Source of the DNA: Candidatus Kapaibacterium sp.
GTDB taxonomy: Bacteria; Bacteroidota; Ignavibacteria; Kapaibacteriales; UBA2268
Assembly (NCBI GenBank): GCA_963664875.1
Contig: OY761611.1
Span: 2,368,001 to 2,432,000, forward strand
Direction of reading: 5' to 3'
DNA length: 64,000 nt
How positions within the stretch are numbered: the first letter of the stretch is position 1; every line of letters starts with the position of its first letter. The notes beneath the pieces were generated by a model that did no database searches, was not told where the DNA came from, and saw nothing but the letters and a program-made list of their open reading frames with translations. The position numbers were made by a program, and so were the translations under genes. Shown here one piece after another: positions 10,222 through 21,273 of this stretch.

Positions 10222-11472
10222 TTAATACTCTCGCTTAAATGGCTTGAACCATGTCTCGCCTATGCTGAAATTGAAAGTAAGCTTGGTGAAGTATTCTTTG
10301 AGAAGAGCGTTGTCTGATGTACCTCGCATACCTGCTGTAACAGAAGCATCAATGACTGCGGTTCCGGGTAAAGGCAATTTCATACCATAAGAAGCATAAT
10401 ATTCTTTGATTGCATTGCCATTGATTTCATAGTATAAATCTTTGATTCCAACCCCAAACCTATAAGAAACTCTATCTAAGTAATCAGCAAGAATACTCTT
10501 ATTCCCTACTCTCTCTATACCAAAAGAAACTCTCCATGAGTTGTCATATTTGAAATCAAGATTGCCGGCTCTGTAAGTGAAATCAGTATAATTCTGCAAT
10601 TCAAAATCAGCACACATAATAAATTTGCCTGTAACGTAAGACAAACCAATGCCAAAGCGGTTAGGTACTACCGAAGTGTAAGACATTTTGTAAGTAGTGT
10701 CCAGATCCGAATCGCTAATAGTGACCGGAGTATAATCTTTAGTTTCATTATTGATGTCAAGTGTTGGATTTTTCTCAAAAAACGCACCTACATATAATGT
10801 GCGATTCCAGTTGAAAGCAGCACCAAATTTGAATCCGGCACCTTCAAAATCGTCTTTGGAGCCTCGCACTCTATAGTAAGTGTCCTCGTTAAAAAGGGTA
10901 GTGGTGTTTGTATAATCTGCCTTGCCAAACAGTGCAAAAGCCTGAGCACCAAGAGTGAGGTTGTCAGTAATGTGCATTGAATAGCCAAGATGTATTTTAG
11001 ACAAACCTCCTTTACCGTCAAAAATATTCTTTCCTTTGAGAGTGTCATCATCTATGGGATGAGCTATAGGAGAGGAAATAGAATAATTTATAGACGAATA
11101 TGGTTCTAAACCGAAAGTAAAAGCAGCACCAAGAGTTGTATCTATCATGAATAAACCATTCAAGCCGGTAATTTTACCGTTATTTTGATACTGAGTTTCC
11201 TGATTATCAGATTTGACAATATGCTGATTAAAATTGTAACCAATCTGCATTCTTGTAAGCTCCGAAAAGCTCCACATTGCCGGGTTAGTAGGGTTAATGC
11301 CATGACCGGATGGGAATGCTATTGAGGTTTGAGCCAAACCGTCGTAAACAGCACCATAAGTCTTATTTATATCTCCAAATCCAAACACGGAGTAATTAGA
11401 ACCACCTTGAGAGTAAAGCTCAGAAGAGGCGAGGAGAAGGCAGAAGAAAAATATAATTCTTAACTTAGTCAT
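10222..11472 (-). CDS. Outer membrane beta-barrel protein (FadL/PorV-like)
   Basis: Signal peptide, SNYSVFGFG and NPTNPA motifs, amphipathic strands, C-terminal ETWF. Confidence 0.7.
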   Translation of the reverse strand: MTKLRIIFFFCLLLASSELYSQGGSNYSVFGFGDINKTYGAVYDGLAQTSIAFPSGHGINPTNPAMWSFSELTRMQIGYNFNQHIVKSDNQETQYQNNGKITGLNGLFMIDTTLGAAFTFGLEPYSSINYSISSPIAHPIDDDTLKGKNIFDGKGGLSKIHLGYSMHITDNLTLGAQAFALFGKADYTNTTTLFNEDTYYRVRGSKDDFEGAGFKFGAAFNWNRTLYVGAFFEKNPTLDINNETKDYTPVTISDSDLDTTYKMSYTSVVPNRFGIGLSYVTGKFIMCADFELQNYTDFTYRAGNLDFKYDNSWRVSFGIERVGNKSILADYLDRVSYRFGVGIKDLYYEINGNAIKEYYASYGMKLPLPGTAVIDASVTAGMRGTSDNALLKEYFTKLTFNFSIGETWFKPFKREY

Positions 11473-11477
11473 ATTTA

Positions 11478-12731
11478 TTATTTCCCGCCTTTATCTACAA
11501 TCATGGAATATACTATTTTAAATTTTGGTCGTTTTTCGGGATCTACAGCATCCGTTCCGTAAAATCTCAATCTGTCAAGCTTTATGCCTGCATTACCGGA
11601 GCGGTTAATAGCGAGTTCTATAGTACCCAATCCTCCTGCAGCTTTTATATTTTCTACAGCCTGTTGCATGAAATCAAGTTTAAATACTCCATTTTCATCA
11701 CTTGTGAAATAGTAGCTCAAAAGAGTAGAATCTTTCTTTCTAAAATTTGCAGCAATGATAGAGTCTTTAGGGAAATTTCCGAGATCTGAGTTTTCAAGAT
11801 CAAGAGTAAATTCAAGATATGATTTGTGAACTCCTGCTCTTTCAGGGATACTTCTTACATCTATTTCCATTTCTGCCAAGATTTCTGCATTTAGCATCAA
11901 AGAAAAGCCACTGTCTGATTTATCATCAATGTCAACCATCGAAGCATCAATATTAGATTTTGTTGTGATGGTGTCAAGTCTGCCGTCTTTGTGGTCGTAA
12001 ATAATTTCGAGTTCCGGATATCCGGTTATTTCATCATTACCAGTAAGCTGACCTGTAAAACTGCTGATATGGTTTGAATTGTCACCGGGTGCAAGCAAAA
12101 GCCCCCAATTTGTAAGGGTTTTAGTAGTGTCTCGATCATCTTCTGCGAGCCATCTAAGGTAGTCCTTTTTGAACTGATCAGTAGTAAGATCTATCTCTAT
12201 GCGAGCCATAGTGTCTTGTAAAGGAATATCTATCTCAGCAGTCTGAGTAATTTTTCCGTCAGAGTAATCTATTATCTGATTTCCTGTGAAAACAGAATCC
12301 CAGGTTAGATCAAATGTCCATAATTTATTCATTTGATAAACTTTGAAACTTTGCATTGTGTTAGCAGAGTCTCCAAAGACATATCTGTAAGGAGTCAGCT
12401 TTAGCTTGATGGAGTGAATGTCTTCTTCTTTGATAAAACTAAGCAAACTATCCGGTAAGCCCCCATCAAATCTAAGAATAGAAGCTGCTCTGACACCATT
12501 GGCTTTTCCTACAAAAAAAGCTTTGTTATTGACCTGTAAAGTAGGTTTGAAAACAGACTCTAATGATGCAAGGATACCGTCGGTCTCACTGCTGAGGTTG
12601 TGGAACGACAGCGTGTCGTTTACCAAAGAGTACCCAACCGGAGTTGGTTCATCATTGCATGAAAAAAGAAACAAAGACATAGCTGACAGAAGTGCAGCAG
12701 CTATAATTTTATGCGTTTTGCAGAAGATCAT
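11478..12731 (-). CDS. Lipoprotein, possibly DUF4270-like
   Basis: Lipobox LFSC; position directly after glgA as seen in Bacteroidota; ATG 12731 preferred. Confidence 0.55.
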   Translation of the reverse strand: MIFCKTHKIIAAALLSAMSLFLFSCNDEPTPVGYSLVNDTLSFHNLSSETDGILASLESVFKPTLQVNNKAFFVGKANGVRAASILRFDGGLPDSLLSFIKEEDIHSIKLKLTPYRYVFGDSANTMQSFKVYQMNKLWTFDLTWDSVFTGNQIIDYSDGKITQTAEIDIPLQDTMARIEIDLTTDQFKKDYLRWLAEDDRDTTKTLTNWGLLLAPGDNSNHISSFTGQLTGNDEITGYPELEIIYDHKDGRLDTITTKSNIDASMVDIDDKSDSGFSLMLNAEILAEMEIDVRSIPERAGVHKSYLEFTLDLENSDLGNFPKDSIIAANFRKKDSTLLSYYFTSDENGVFKLDFMQQAVENIKAAGGLGTIELAINRSGNAGIKLDRLRFYGTDAVDPEKRPKFKIVYSMIVDKGGK

Positions 12732-12756
12732 ACTTTCGCCAAACCTTTTCAAATAA

Positions 12757-14226
12757 TTACATTAAAGATTGATATATTTCCACATACTTGTCTATGGACT
12801 TGTTCCAGGAATGATCCTGTTCCATACTTTTGCTGACAAGCTCACGGAATTTGTCTTTATCGGCAAACAATTCAGTTGCTCTTTTCACAGCTTCGACAAG
12901 GCTGTCTTTTGCATACGAATTAAATACGATTGAGTTACCTTTTTCGCTATCTTTATCAACATCAAAAGCTGTTTCTACTATGCCACCTACACCGTGAACG
13001 ATAGGCATAGTACCATACACGATGGAATACATTAAGTTCAGTCCGCATGGTTCAAACTTAGAAGGCATAAGATAAAAATCGCTGCCTGCCTCTACCATGT
13101 GAGCCATTTTTTCGTTGAATTCATCAACAAACTTCATTTTTTCAGGGTATTTTTCTGCAGCAGCTTTTACCAAATCTTTCAGATTGTCGTCGCCTTTGCC
13201 AAGTATCAGCAACTGAATATCCAATTGCATCAATTCATCTATAGATTCTAACAATAACGGAATACCCTTTTGCTCATCGATACGAGTAATCATACCAATC
13301 AGCGGAGTCTTTGGCTTATAGTCAAAATCGGCAAGGTTAATAAGCTCGGCTTTGTTATTTATTTTGTATTCAGCAAAATCATCTTCGTATCTTTTCGGAA
13401 TGCTTTTATCTTTTCTCGGATCCCATGTGCATTTGTCTATGCCATTGAGTATTCCGGTAAAGGCTTCGCCTTTGTCTTTTAGTACTTTATCCAATCCGTT
13501 ATTTAAAGATTTGTCTTTAAGCACTTCAGCTGCATAATTTTCACTAACTGTAGTTACACGGTCTGCAAAAACAATTCCACCTTTCATAAAATTGAATTTA
13601 TTTTTATGTTTGAAGTGGGTCTTGATTTCTTCGGGCATACCTGTTTTATTAAACACAGCTAAAGGTGACTCGCCTTGAGTGGCGAGATTGTGGATAGTAA
13701 AAACAGTTTTGGTATTGACAAATTTATCAGCAAAAACATGATTAACATAAGCAGGAATTAAAGCTGTTTGCCAGCCGTTGCAATGAATGATGTCAGGATA
13801 CCAACCAAGTAACATACAAGTTTCGACTACACTACGATTGAAGAAAATAAAACGTTCAGCATTGTCAGGGTACTCTTCCCAGGTAACCGGATCGTGGTAA
13901 ACGCCTTTTTTTGCATCAAAATAGTTGTAGTTTGTGGTGATATATGCTTGTACTTTATTTCTTGAATTTTGCACAGAAGAAGACTTAACTGTTGCCAGTT
14001 CTTCAACATCTCCCATGGGTATAGGCATATCTTTCAAACGGTTAATCTCGTGAATCCGATTTTTTCTTTCGGAAATTGTACCATACTTTGGCAGCATTAT
14101 TCGAACGTCGTGTCCCAATTCCTTCAAAGCCAGAGGCAGTGAGAAAGCAACATCTCCGATACCACTTTCTTTAGCAAAAGGATATACTTCGCTCGATACG
14201 AAAAGAATACTCAGTGATTTAGCCAT
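12757..14226 (-). CDS. glgA: Glycogen/starch synthase (GT5)
   Basis: SEVYPFAK..GDV, IIHCNGWQT, FTIHN, GILNGID, MPSKFEPCGL. Confidence 0.92.
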   Translation of the reverse strand: MAKSLSILFVSSEVYPFAKESGIGDVAFSLPLALKELGHDVRIMLPKYGTISERKNRIHEINRLKDMPIPMGDVEELATVKSSSVQNSRNKVQAYITTNYNYFDAKKGVYHDPVTWEEYPDNAERFIFFNRSVVETCMLLGWYPDIIHCNGWQTALIPAYVNHVFADKFVNTKTVFTIHNLATQGESPLAVFNKTGMPEEIKTHFKHKNKFNFMKGGIVFADRVTTVSENYAAEVLKDKSLNNGLDKVLKDKGEAFTGILNGIDKCTWDPRKDKSIPKRYEDDFAEYKINNKAELINLADFDYKPKTPLIGMITRIDEQKGIPLLLESIDELMQLDIQLLILGKGDDNLKDLVKAAAEKYPEKMKFVDEFNEKMAHMVEAGSDFYLMPSKFEPCGLNLMYSIVYGTMPIVHGVGGIVETAFDVDKDSEKGNSIVFNSYAKDSLVEAVKRATELFADKDKFRELVSKSMEQDHSWNKSIDKYVEIYQSLM

Positions 14227-14520
14227 ATTGTTTGTTTTGGTTGTTGTAAATTATAGTTACACAATTTGCAAAAATACGGAAAAACTCTTAAATAAGGAAA
14301 TAATACGGACAAATATTAAGTTTTAATTCCATAATTTTTGAAGTATTTAGAGATTTGAGATTTTGCAATTAGTCTTTTTGATTTTATATATTCAGCTAAT
14401 ACTAATTTTAAGCTTTATTCGATTTTATTTCTTATCTTTGGCAAATAGCTATAAAACTCTTAGTATCAGTCTTTTAGCTCGCATTTCGATGTGTCTTTTT
14501 TTAATAAAAGAGATTATCTT

Positions 14521-15606
14521 ATGAAAATAGGCAATACCAACTTTAGAACAATATGGGTAGAAAATAATTTTGATGTCAAAATTATCGACCAAAACTTTCT
14601 TCCATTTTCTTTTGTTATTAAAACTCTTTGCACCGGAGATGACGCATACATAGCCATTGCTGATATGGCTGTTCGTGGAGCTCCTCTTATAGGGGTAACG
14701 GCTGCTTATGGTGTATATCTTTACGCAAAAAGCTTTCTTGGAGCAAATGACTTTATGGAAAAATTGAGCGTTGCTGTCGCTCATCTACAAGAGGCAAGAC
14801 CCACTGCGGTCAATCTCAAATGGGCTGTCGAACGCCAAATAAAGTTATTTGATAATACAAAACCGCAAGAGTTTCTGGTAAGAGAGCTTTTGGCAAATGC
14901 TAATAAAATTGCAGAAGAAGACATAGAAACTAACCGAGCCATTGGTAGCATTGGTTTAGATCTTATCGAAAAGATATATGACGACAAGGGTATAGTCAAT
15001 ATACTAACGCACTGCAATGCAGGTTGGTTAGCCACTGTAGATTATGGCACTGCTACTGCACCAATATATATGGCAAAAGAGCAGGGATTTGATGTGAATG
15101 TTTGGGTAGATGAGACACGACCGAGAAATCAGGGAAGTCGCCTTACTGCTTATGAATTGCTGAACGAAGATATATCCCACTCGGTTATCGCTGATAACAC
15201 AGGTGGTCATTTGATGCAAACCGGAAAGGTAGATATGGTGATTGTCGGTTGTGATAGAGTTGCAGCTAACGGAGATGTTTGCAACAAAATTGGAACCTAT
15301 CTAAAAGCACTGGCAGCATTTGATAATAATATTCCGTTTTATGTGGCTGCTCCAACGAGCACGATTGATTTAAACATCAAATCCGGCAAGGATATTCCAA
15401 TAGAAGAAAGACATGAAGATGAAGTTAAATATGTCGCCGGCTTTTGCGGAAACAAAAATGTAGAAATTCTCGTTTCGCCAAAAGATTCGCCTGCTACTAA
15501 CTATGGATTTGATATTACTCCCGCAAGACTTATCACCGGCCTCATAACAGAAAAGGGTATAATCAGACCTAAGGAAGCAAGTATTTCACGAATAATGGGC
15601 AAATAA
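14521..15606 (+). CDS. mtnA: Methylthioribose-1-phosphate isomerase
   Basis: VRGAPLIG, RPTAVNL, LTHCNAGWLA, DETRPRNQG, NKIGT. Confidence 0.95.
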   Translation: MKIGNTNFRTIWVENNFDVKIIDQNFLPFSFVIKTLCTGDDAYIAIADMAVRGAPLIGVTAAYGVYLYAKSFLGANDFMEKLSVAVAHLQEARPTAVNLKWAVERQIKLFDNTKPQEFLVRELLANANKIAEEDIETNRAIGSIGLDLIEKIYDDKGIVNILTHCNAGWLATVDYGTATAPIYMAKEQGFDVNVWVDETRPRNQGSRLTAYELLNEDISHSVIADNTGGHLMQTGKVDMVIVGCDRVAANGDVCNKIGTYLKALAAFDNNIPFYVAAPTSTIDLNIKSGKDIPIEERHEDEVKYVAGFCGNKNVEILVSPKDSPATNYGFDITPARLITGLITEKGIIRPKEASISRIMGK

Positions 15607-16196
15607 TGGAGCAGGAATCATATATTAAATTTAATTGTGAACATCTGACTAAAGATATTCTGTTCCCTGACGATATAAATGACTTTATTGAACTTGGAAA
15701 AACGTTAAAAGCATTAGGACATATCGGAAAAATTGATGATACTATGGGGTATGGCAATATAAGCTACCGTAGCTCAGACGGCAATATTTATATATCAGCT
15801 TCTACCACGGGCACCTTTGCTAGTTACGAAAAGAAGCATTTTTGCCGCATATTAGATTTCGATATTGAAAGCAATTATTTAAAATCTGAGGGTTTTTTAC
15901 CTGCAAGCTCTGAAACTATGAGCCATATTGCCGCATATCAATCACTAAATGATATCCGCTTTGTTGTGCATATTCATTCAAAGCAGCTTTGGGAAAAGTA
16001 TCTAAATATCGAAATTACTTCCAATATAGGAGTAAAATATGGAACAAAAGAAATGTATTACGAGATAGTTCGTTTACTAAATAGCAATCCGGACAGTAAT
16101 ATGTTGGTTATGGGTGGTCATCAAGACGGTTTAATGTTTTGGCATAAAAATATAGATTCTTTAAAAACGACCTTATTTACATACAATGTTTTGTAA
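15606..16196 (+). CDS. Class II aldolase/adducin family protein
   Basis: GNISYR, ASSETMSH, VHIHS; start overlaps the mtnA stop. Confidence 0.85.
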   Translation: MEQESYIKFNCEHLTKDILFPDDINDFIELGKTLKALGHIGKIDDTMGYGNISYRSSDGNIYISASTTGTFASYEKKHFCRILDFDIESNYLKSEGFLPASSETMSHIAAYQSLNDIRFVVHIHSKQLWEKYLNIEITSNIGVKYGTKEMYYEIVRLLNSNPDSNMLVMGGHQDGLMFWHKNIDSLKTTLFTYNVL

Positions 16197-16267
16197 GAGC
16201 AATATTATTAATTAAAATAGCTTGATTAATTTGCTATTTTTGATAATCCTAACTAAATTAATAGCAG

Positions 16268-19200
16268 ATGCAAAGTTACTCGGAACATATAGTCAAGATT
16301 TTAGTAGTAGAAGATGATCAAACCTTTTCTTTGCTCATACAGAGGCGTTTGGGTAAAGAAAAAAGTACTGTGGATATAGCAAATTCCGGAAAAGATGCTT
16401 TAAACTACCTACGAAAATCTACTCCTCAGCTCATGCTTTTAGATTTGAATCTTGGCGACATGACGGGCTACGATTTGGTACAAATACTAAAAAAAGAAGG
16501 TATTTGTCCAAATTTTGTTTGCATCACAAGCATCGATGACAGAAAGAAAACTGTAGAGATGATGCAGGAAGGTGCTATGGACTTTATTTTTAAAGACCAA
16601 ACATTCTTCGAATTGCTACCTGCAAAAGTTAATCATGCTCTCGAAAAAATAGCTTACAAGACTGAACTTAGCTCAGCAAAAGAGCAATTGGAACAAAGCC
16701 TTGTTAGCTATAAAAATTTGTTTTCTCAATCCCAGGACGCTATATATTTCACTAACCTCAAAGGAAATCTTCTTGATTTCAATGAGAGCTTCGAAAAGTT
16801 ATTCAAATATAGCCGACAAGAGTTGGAAAATATCCATGTAGAAAAACTCTATTACGACAAAGAAGACAGAACTACTTTTATAAAAGAAATCGAAAAAAAC
16901 GGCTCTTTGAAAGAGTACGAAGTAAAACTTGTCGATAAGTTCGGCAATTTGCTTTATTGCCTACTTACTGTTACCCAGCAGGTTCAGGGAGCAGAATATG
17001 TTTATCAGGGAATCATTCATGATATAACAGAAAGGAAAAAGGCTCAGGATGCTTTGGCAGAGTCTAAGCAAAAATATTTCTCTCTTTTTGATAACATGAA
17101 CGAAGGTGCTTCTCTGAATACCCTTGTAAGAGATGCCAATAACACTGTTACAGATTACTTGATTTCTGACGCTAATCCTGCATTTTGCAGCATTTTTGGT
17201 TTTAGGTGCAATGCTGGTTACACAATCAAAGCGAGTGCATTTTTCGGTACGGATAATCCGCCTTTCTTAGATAAATATCTGTCTTTATTCAATTCAGGAA
17301 CTTCTAGTATTTCGTTTGAGCATCACTTTACAAATATTGACCGCTATGTTAGAGTTTCTGCATATAAAACAAGGCAAGACGAATTTGCTGCTATTTTTTC
17401 TGATATTACTGAAAACAAAAAGGCTGAGCTTGCTTTAGCGCAAAGCGAAAACAAATTCAGAAGTATAGTGGAGCAGGCAACAGACGGTATTATTCTTATT
17501 GATGACAAAGGTACTGTGCTCGATTGGAATCAATCTCAGGAAAAGATTACCGGATTAGGCCTCACAACAGTGTTGGGTAATAATCTTTCCAATATCAATC
17601 GCGATTTAGATGAGCTCGCAAAGACAAGCGATGCTGATATTTATAAAAAAGAATTTGATAAAATTCTTGAAATGTACATTTCTAAGTTGAAGGCTGAAGA
17701 AGAACTGTTCTTTGAAGATCCAGATATCTTCCCTAAGTATATTAATGGCAGACATATCAATACAATTCTTTTTCCGGTAGAAACCAAGACGAGCTTGCTT
17801 TTTGGAATACTTACGCGCGACGTTACAGCAGAAAGGAATCTGCAAAACGAGCTATTATATTCTAAAAAACAGTGGGAAAAAAGTTTTGACGCAGTGCCGG
17901 ATCTTATGGCAACATTTACAAATAACTTCTGCATAGATAGGCTTAATCTCTCTATGGCTGACTATCTTGATATTGATATCAATCAGGCAAAAGGAAAGTG
18001 CATATTAAAAATAATTGAAGACAAATACGGTCAGGAAAATGTTCATTTCAAACTTATCAGCCGCATTAAAGATGAGAAAGATTATGTAGCTTCAAATGTG
18101 CGATTGGGCAATTATCTCATATCTACTTCACCATTGTACGACGCAGATAATAACTTTACAGGTTTTGTATATCTCGCCAGAGATATTAGCAGAATTATAC
18201 AAACCGAGCAAGCTTTAAGAAACAGTGAGCAGCGCTACCGTATGCTCATAGAGAATGCTTTCGATGGTATTTATCTTCTAAAAAATAATAAATTCCAATA
18301 TGTAAATAGTAGCTTCTGTACTATCACAGGTTTTACATCAGATGAGTTACTTGGTAGAGATTTCAGCATCTATAATTTGCTTACAGATGAATCTATAGAA
18401 ATCACAGAGCAACGTTTGCAAATGAGATTAGAAAATCTTAATGTATCTAATCCTTACTCTATGCCTCTAAAAAGAAAAGATGGTTCAATATTCCATGCAG
18501 AAATTAGCACAGTTGCCGTAAATAGTGAAGATAGGTTGAATGTGCTTGGCATAGTTAGAGACATTACCGAAAGGAAAAATCTTGAAGATAAAATGCTCAA
18601 TCTAAATAAAGAGCTCGAGCAGAGAGTTGAGGAAAGAACTTCACAGCTTCGTTCTACAATGATTGACTTACAAAATGAGATTGTTATACGTAAGCAAACA
18701 GAAGACAAACTCGTACAGGCAAAAAATGAAATAACCGGTGCTTTCCAACGTGAAAAAGAGCTCAACGATCTGAAAACAAGATTTATTGAAATGATTTCGC
18801 ATGAGTACCGCACACCGCTTACGGTGATACTCTCTTCAACTTATTTAATAGAGCGATATACCGAAAATATTGAAAATCAGGATTTGTTAAATAGCGTAAA
18901 CAGAATCAGAAAAGCTGTCAAAGCAATGACTGATTTACTTGAAAACGTTGTGCTTGTTGGTAAGTTCCAAGAACAAAATCCAAATCTTAATCTTGTTGAT
19001 GTCAATCTTGCAAATATAGCAGAGCAAGTTCGCAATGATGTAGTACTACTCGACAAAGACACTCACATTATAGAGTTCCATATAGAAGACAAGCATGAAT
19101 TTAGCAAATCAGAACCTGCAATGCTCAGACTCATAATGCTCAATCTTCTGACTAATGCTTTGAAATTTACTAAAGCCGGCAATAAAATTACTTTTAGCCT

Positions 19201-19441
19201 CAGAAGCACCAGTACTCAATACATGATAATCATCAAAGATGAAGGCATCGGTATCCCCGAAGATGAAATTGATAAAGTCTTCGAGCCATTTTATCGTGCC
19301 AAAAATGTAGGTGCTATCCAGGGTATCGGTCTGGGACTTTCAATAGTAAAGGGCTGCGTAGATGCACTCGGAGCACAGATGACTATCAGCTCTTCGCTTG
19401 ATAAGGGCACAGGAGTCATGGTTAGCTTTCCAAAAAATTAA
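16268..19441 (+). CDS. Hybrid sensor histidine kinase (N-terminal receiver, multiple PAS, HisKA, HATPase)
   Basis: LVVEDD/LLDL receiver, repeated DITERK PAS ends, SHEYRTPL, NLLTNALKF, DEGIGI, GLGL. Confidence 0.93.
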   Translation: MQSYSEHIVKILVVEDDQTFSLLIQRRLGKEKSTVDIANSGKDALNYLRKSTPQLMLLDLNLGDMTGYDLVQILKKEGICPNFVCITSIDDRKKTVEMMQEGAMDFIFKDQTFFELLPAKVNHALEKIAYKTELSSAKEQLEQSLVSYKNLFSQSQDAIYFTNLKGNLLDFNESFEKLFKYSRQELENIHVEKLYYDKEDRTTFIKEIEKNGSLKEYEVKLVDKFGNLLYCLLTVTQQVQGAEYVYQGIIHDITERKKAQDALAESKQKYFSLFDNMNEGASLNTLVRDANNTVTDYLISDANPAFCSIFGFRCNAGYTIKASAFFGTDNPPFLDKYLSLFNSGTSSISFEHHFTNIDRYVRVSAYKTRQDEFAAIFSDITENKKAELALAQSENKFRSIVEQATDGIILIDDKGTVLDWNQSQEKITGLGLTTVLGNNLSNINRDLDELAKTSDADIYKKEFDKILEMYISKLKAEEELFFEDPDIFPKYINGRHINTILFPVETKTSLLFGILTRDVTAERNLQNELLYSKKQWEKSFDAVPDLMATFTNNFCIDRLNLSMADYLDIDINQAKGKCILKIIEDKYGQENVHFKLISRIKDEKDYVASNVRLGNYLISTSPLYDADNNFTGFVYLARDISRIIQTEQALRNSEQRYRMLIENAFDGIYLLKNNKFQYVNSSFCTITGFTSDELLGRDFSIYNLLTDESIEITEQRLQMRLENLNVSNPYSMPLKRKDGSIFHAEISTVAVNSEDRLNVLGIVRDITERKNLEDKMLNLNKELEQRVEERTSQLRSTMIDLQNEIVIRKQTEDKLVQAKNEITGAFQREKELNDLKTRFIEMISHEYRTPLTVILSSTYLIERYTENIENQDLLNSVNRIRKAVKAMTDLLENVVLVGKFQEQNPNLNLVDVNLANIAEQVRNDVVLLDKDTHIIEFHIEDKHEFSKSEPAMLRLIMLNLLTNALKFTKAGNKITFSLRSTSTQYMIIIKDEGIGIPEDEIDKVFEPFYRAKNVGAIQGIGLGLSIVKGCVDALGAQMTISSSLDKGTGVMVSFPKN

Positions 19442-19578
19442 CCGCCGAATTTGAAAAATTTCCACAATTTACATTATTTAATTTTGACTTGAAAGATTTA
19501 TATGCTAATATTGAGGAAGCGATAAATCTATATAACAGCAATGTATTAACAAGTGCAAAATAAAATTAAGGTGTGTTT

Positions 19579-21123
19579 ATGTACAATCCGCAAGAGCAAT
19601 TTGCTCTATCTAATCCGATTTCGATTATTACAGGGAAAGATCCTAAAGACTTTACCCGTGAGGACTTAATCAAAGTAATCATTGAGAAAAAAATTGAGCG
19701 TGTTGCTTTTCATTATACCGGAATTGACGGTAAAATCAAAGAATTGCGCATACCGATTACTAATCGTCAGCAAGCCGAATCAATACTTACAGACGGCGAA
19801 AGAGTAGATGGTTCATCTTTGTTCAAAGGAATTGTAGATGCAGGCAAATCTGACTTGTATGTTGTGCCTGTTTATAAAAGTGCTTTTTTCAATCCATTTG
19901 TCGAAGGATCTTTGGACTTTATTTGTCGTTTTGTTGATAAAGACGGACAATTAGCAAATTTTGCTCCCGACAATATTCTTCTCAATGCGGTTAATCTTTT
20001 CCGTAAAGAAACAGGAATGGATCTTAAAGCATTAGGTGAGTTGGAATTTTTCTTAATGTACGACAACGAGACAGACTTATTCCCTGCTCAAAAACAAAAA
20101 GGCTACCATGCAGCAGCTCCTTTTGTTAAAACAGGAAAAGTTCTTTCTGAAATGCTTCGCTACATAACTCAGCTTTGTGGTCATGTAAAATATGCTCACC
20201 ATGAAGTTGGCTATATGGACTATGTAGAAAGCGATTTCCCTGAAATTCGTGGCAAAAAAGCAGAACAGGTAGAAGTAGAATTTTTACCAATGCCTATAGA
20301 AGAAATGGCAGACGTTTTGGTTCTTTCTCGCTGGATTATCAGAAATGTAGCTTATCGCCATAATATGACTGCTACTTTTGTGCCTAAACTGGAAAATGGC
20401 CATGCAGGTAATGGTATGCACGTTCATATGTTAGCTTGCAAAGACGGCAAAAATGCTATGGTCGATGCAAACGGAGAACTTTCTGAAGTAGCTAAAACTA
20501 TGATTGGTGGGCTTTGTAACTATGCTCCGAGCATTACTGCTTTTGGAAATACTGTGTCAGCTTCTTACCTTCGTTTGGTGCCTCATCAGGAAGCACCAAC
20601 TAAAGTTTGCTGGTCTGCAATGAACAGAAGTGCACTTATCAGAGTACCTCTTGGCTGGACAAATGTAAATAATCTTGCATCATTGGTAAATCCTCAACAA
20701 GTCGAAAAATCAGAAAAATTTGACAGCAAACAAACTATCGAACTTCGTAGCCCTGACGGTAGCTGCAATACTCACCTGCTTATGGCTGCAATAGCTACTG
20801 CAGTAGAATGGGGATTCGAACATCAGAAAGAAGCTTTGGAACTTGCTGCTGCTTCTCATGTTAAAGTCAATATCCATGACACTAACACAGACGACCTTGC
20901 CGAATTGGCAACAAGCTGTGCAGAATCTGCAGAAATTCTGCTTAAATCACGTGATTTATACGAAAGAAAAGGCATTTTCCCGCCACAGGTTATTTCTAAT
21001 CAGGCTAAAATGTTGCAAAACGAAAACGATAGTGATTTGAATAAGAGACTTATGGCTTTGCCGGACGATGAAAAACTAAAAGAATCAAGAAGAGTAATGC
21101 ATAGAGATATACACAAACACTAA
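19579..21123 (+). CDS. glnA: Glutamine synthetase family protein (type I-like)
   Basis: DGSS, ELEFF, HHEV, GNGMHVH, YLRLVPHQEAP, NRSALIRVP, ELRSPD. Confidence 0.85.
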   Translation: MYNPQEQFALSNPISIITGKDPKDFTREDLIKVIIEKKIERVAFHYTGIDGKIKELRIPITNRQQAESILTDGERVDGSSLFKGIVDAGKSDLYVVPVYKSAFFNPFVEGSLDFICRFVDKDGQLANFAPDNILLNAVNLFRKETGMDLKALGELEFFLMYDNETDLFPAQKQKGYHAAAPFVKTGKVLSEMLRYITQLCGHVKYAHHEVGYMDYVESDFPEIRGKKAEQVEVEFLPMPIEEMADVLVLSRWIIRNVAYRHNMTATFVPKLENGHAGNGMHVHMLACKDGKNAMVDANGELSEVAKTMIGGLCNYAPSITAFGNTVSASYLRLVPHQEAPTKVCWSAMNRSALIRVPLGWTNVNNLASLVNPQQVEKSEKFDSKQTIELRSPDGSCNTHLLMAAIATAVEWGFEHQKEALELAAASHVKVNIHDTNTDDLAELATSCAESAEILLKSRDLYERKGIFPPQVISNQAKMLQNENDSDLNKRLMALPDDEKLKESRRVMHRDIHKH

Positions 21124-21147
21124 GATATTTTACTGTTATTAAATTGT

Positions 21148-21177
21148 GGCTATTCGTAAATGAATAGCCGTTTTTTT
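21148..21177 (+). terminator. Intrinsic terminator
   Basis: GGCTATTC-GTAAAT-GAATAGCC followed by a T-run. Confidence 0.8.
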
Positions 21178-21273
21178 ATTGTTTTTGAGATATTTTAAGA
21201 TATTTGTCAATAAAGTACTCCTTTTTCCGTTTCCTAATTTAAGAAACTGGTAGTATAATAAAAGAATATCACT

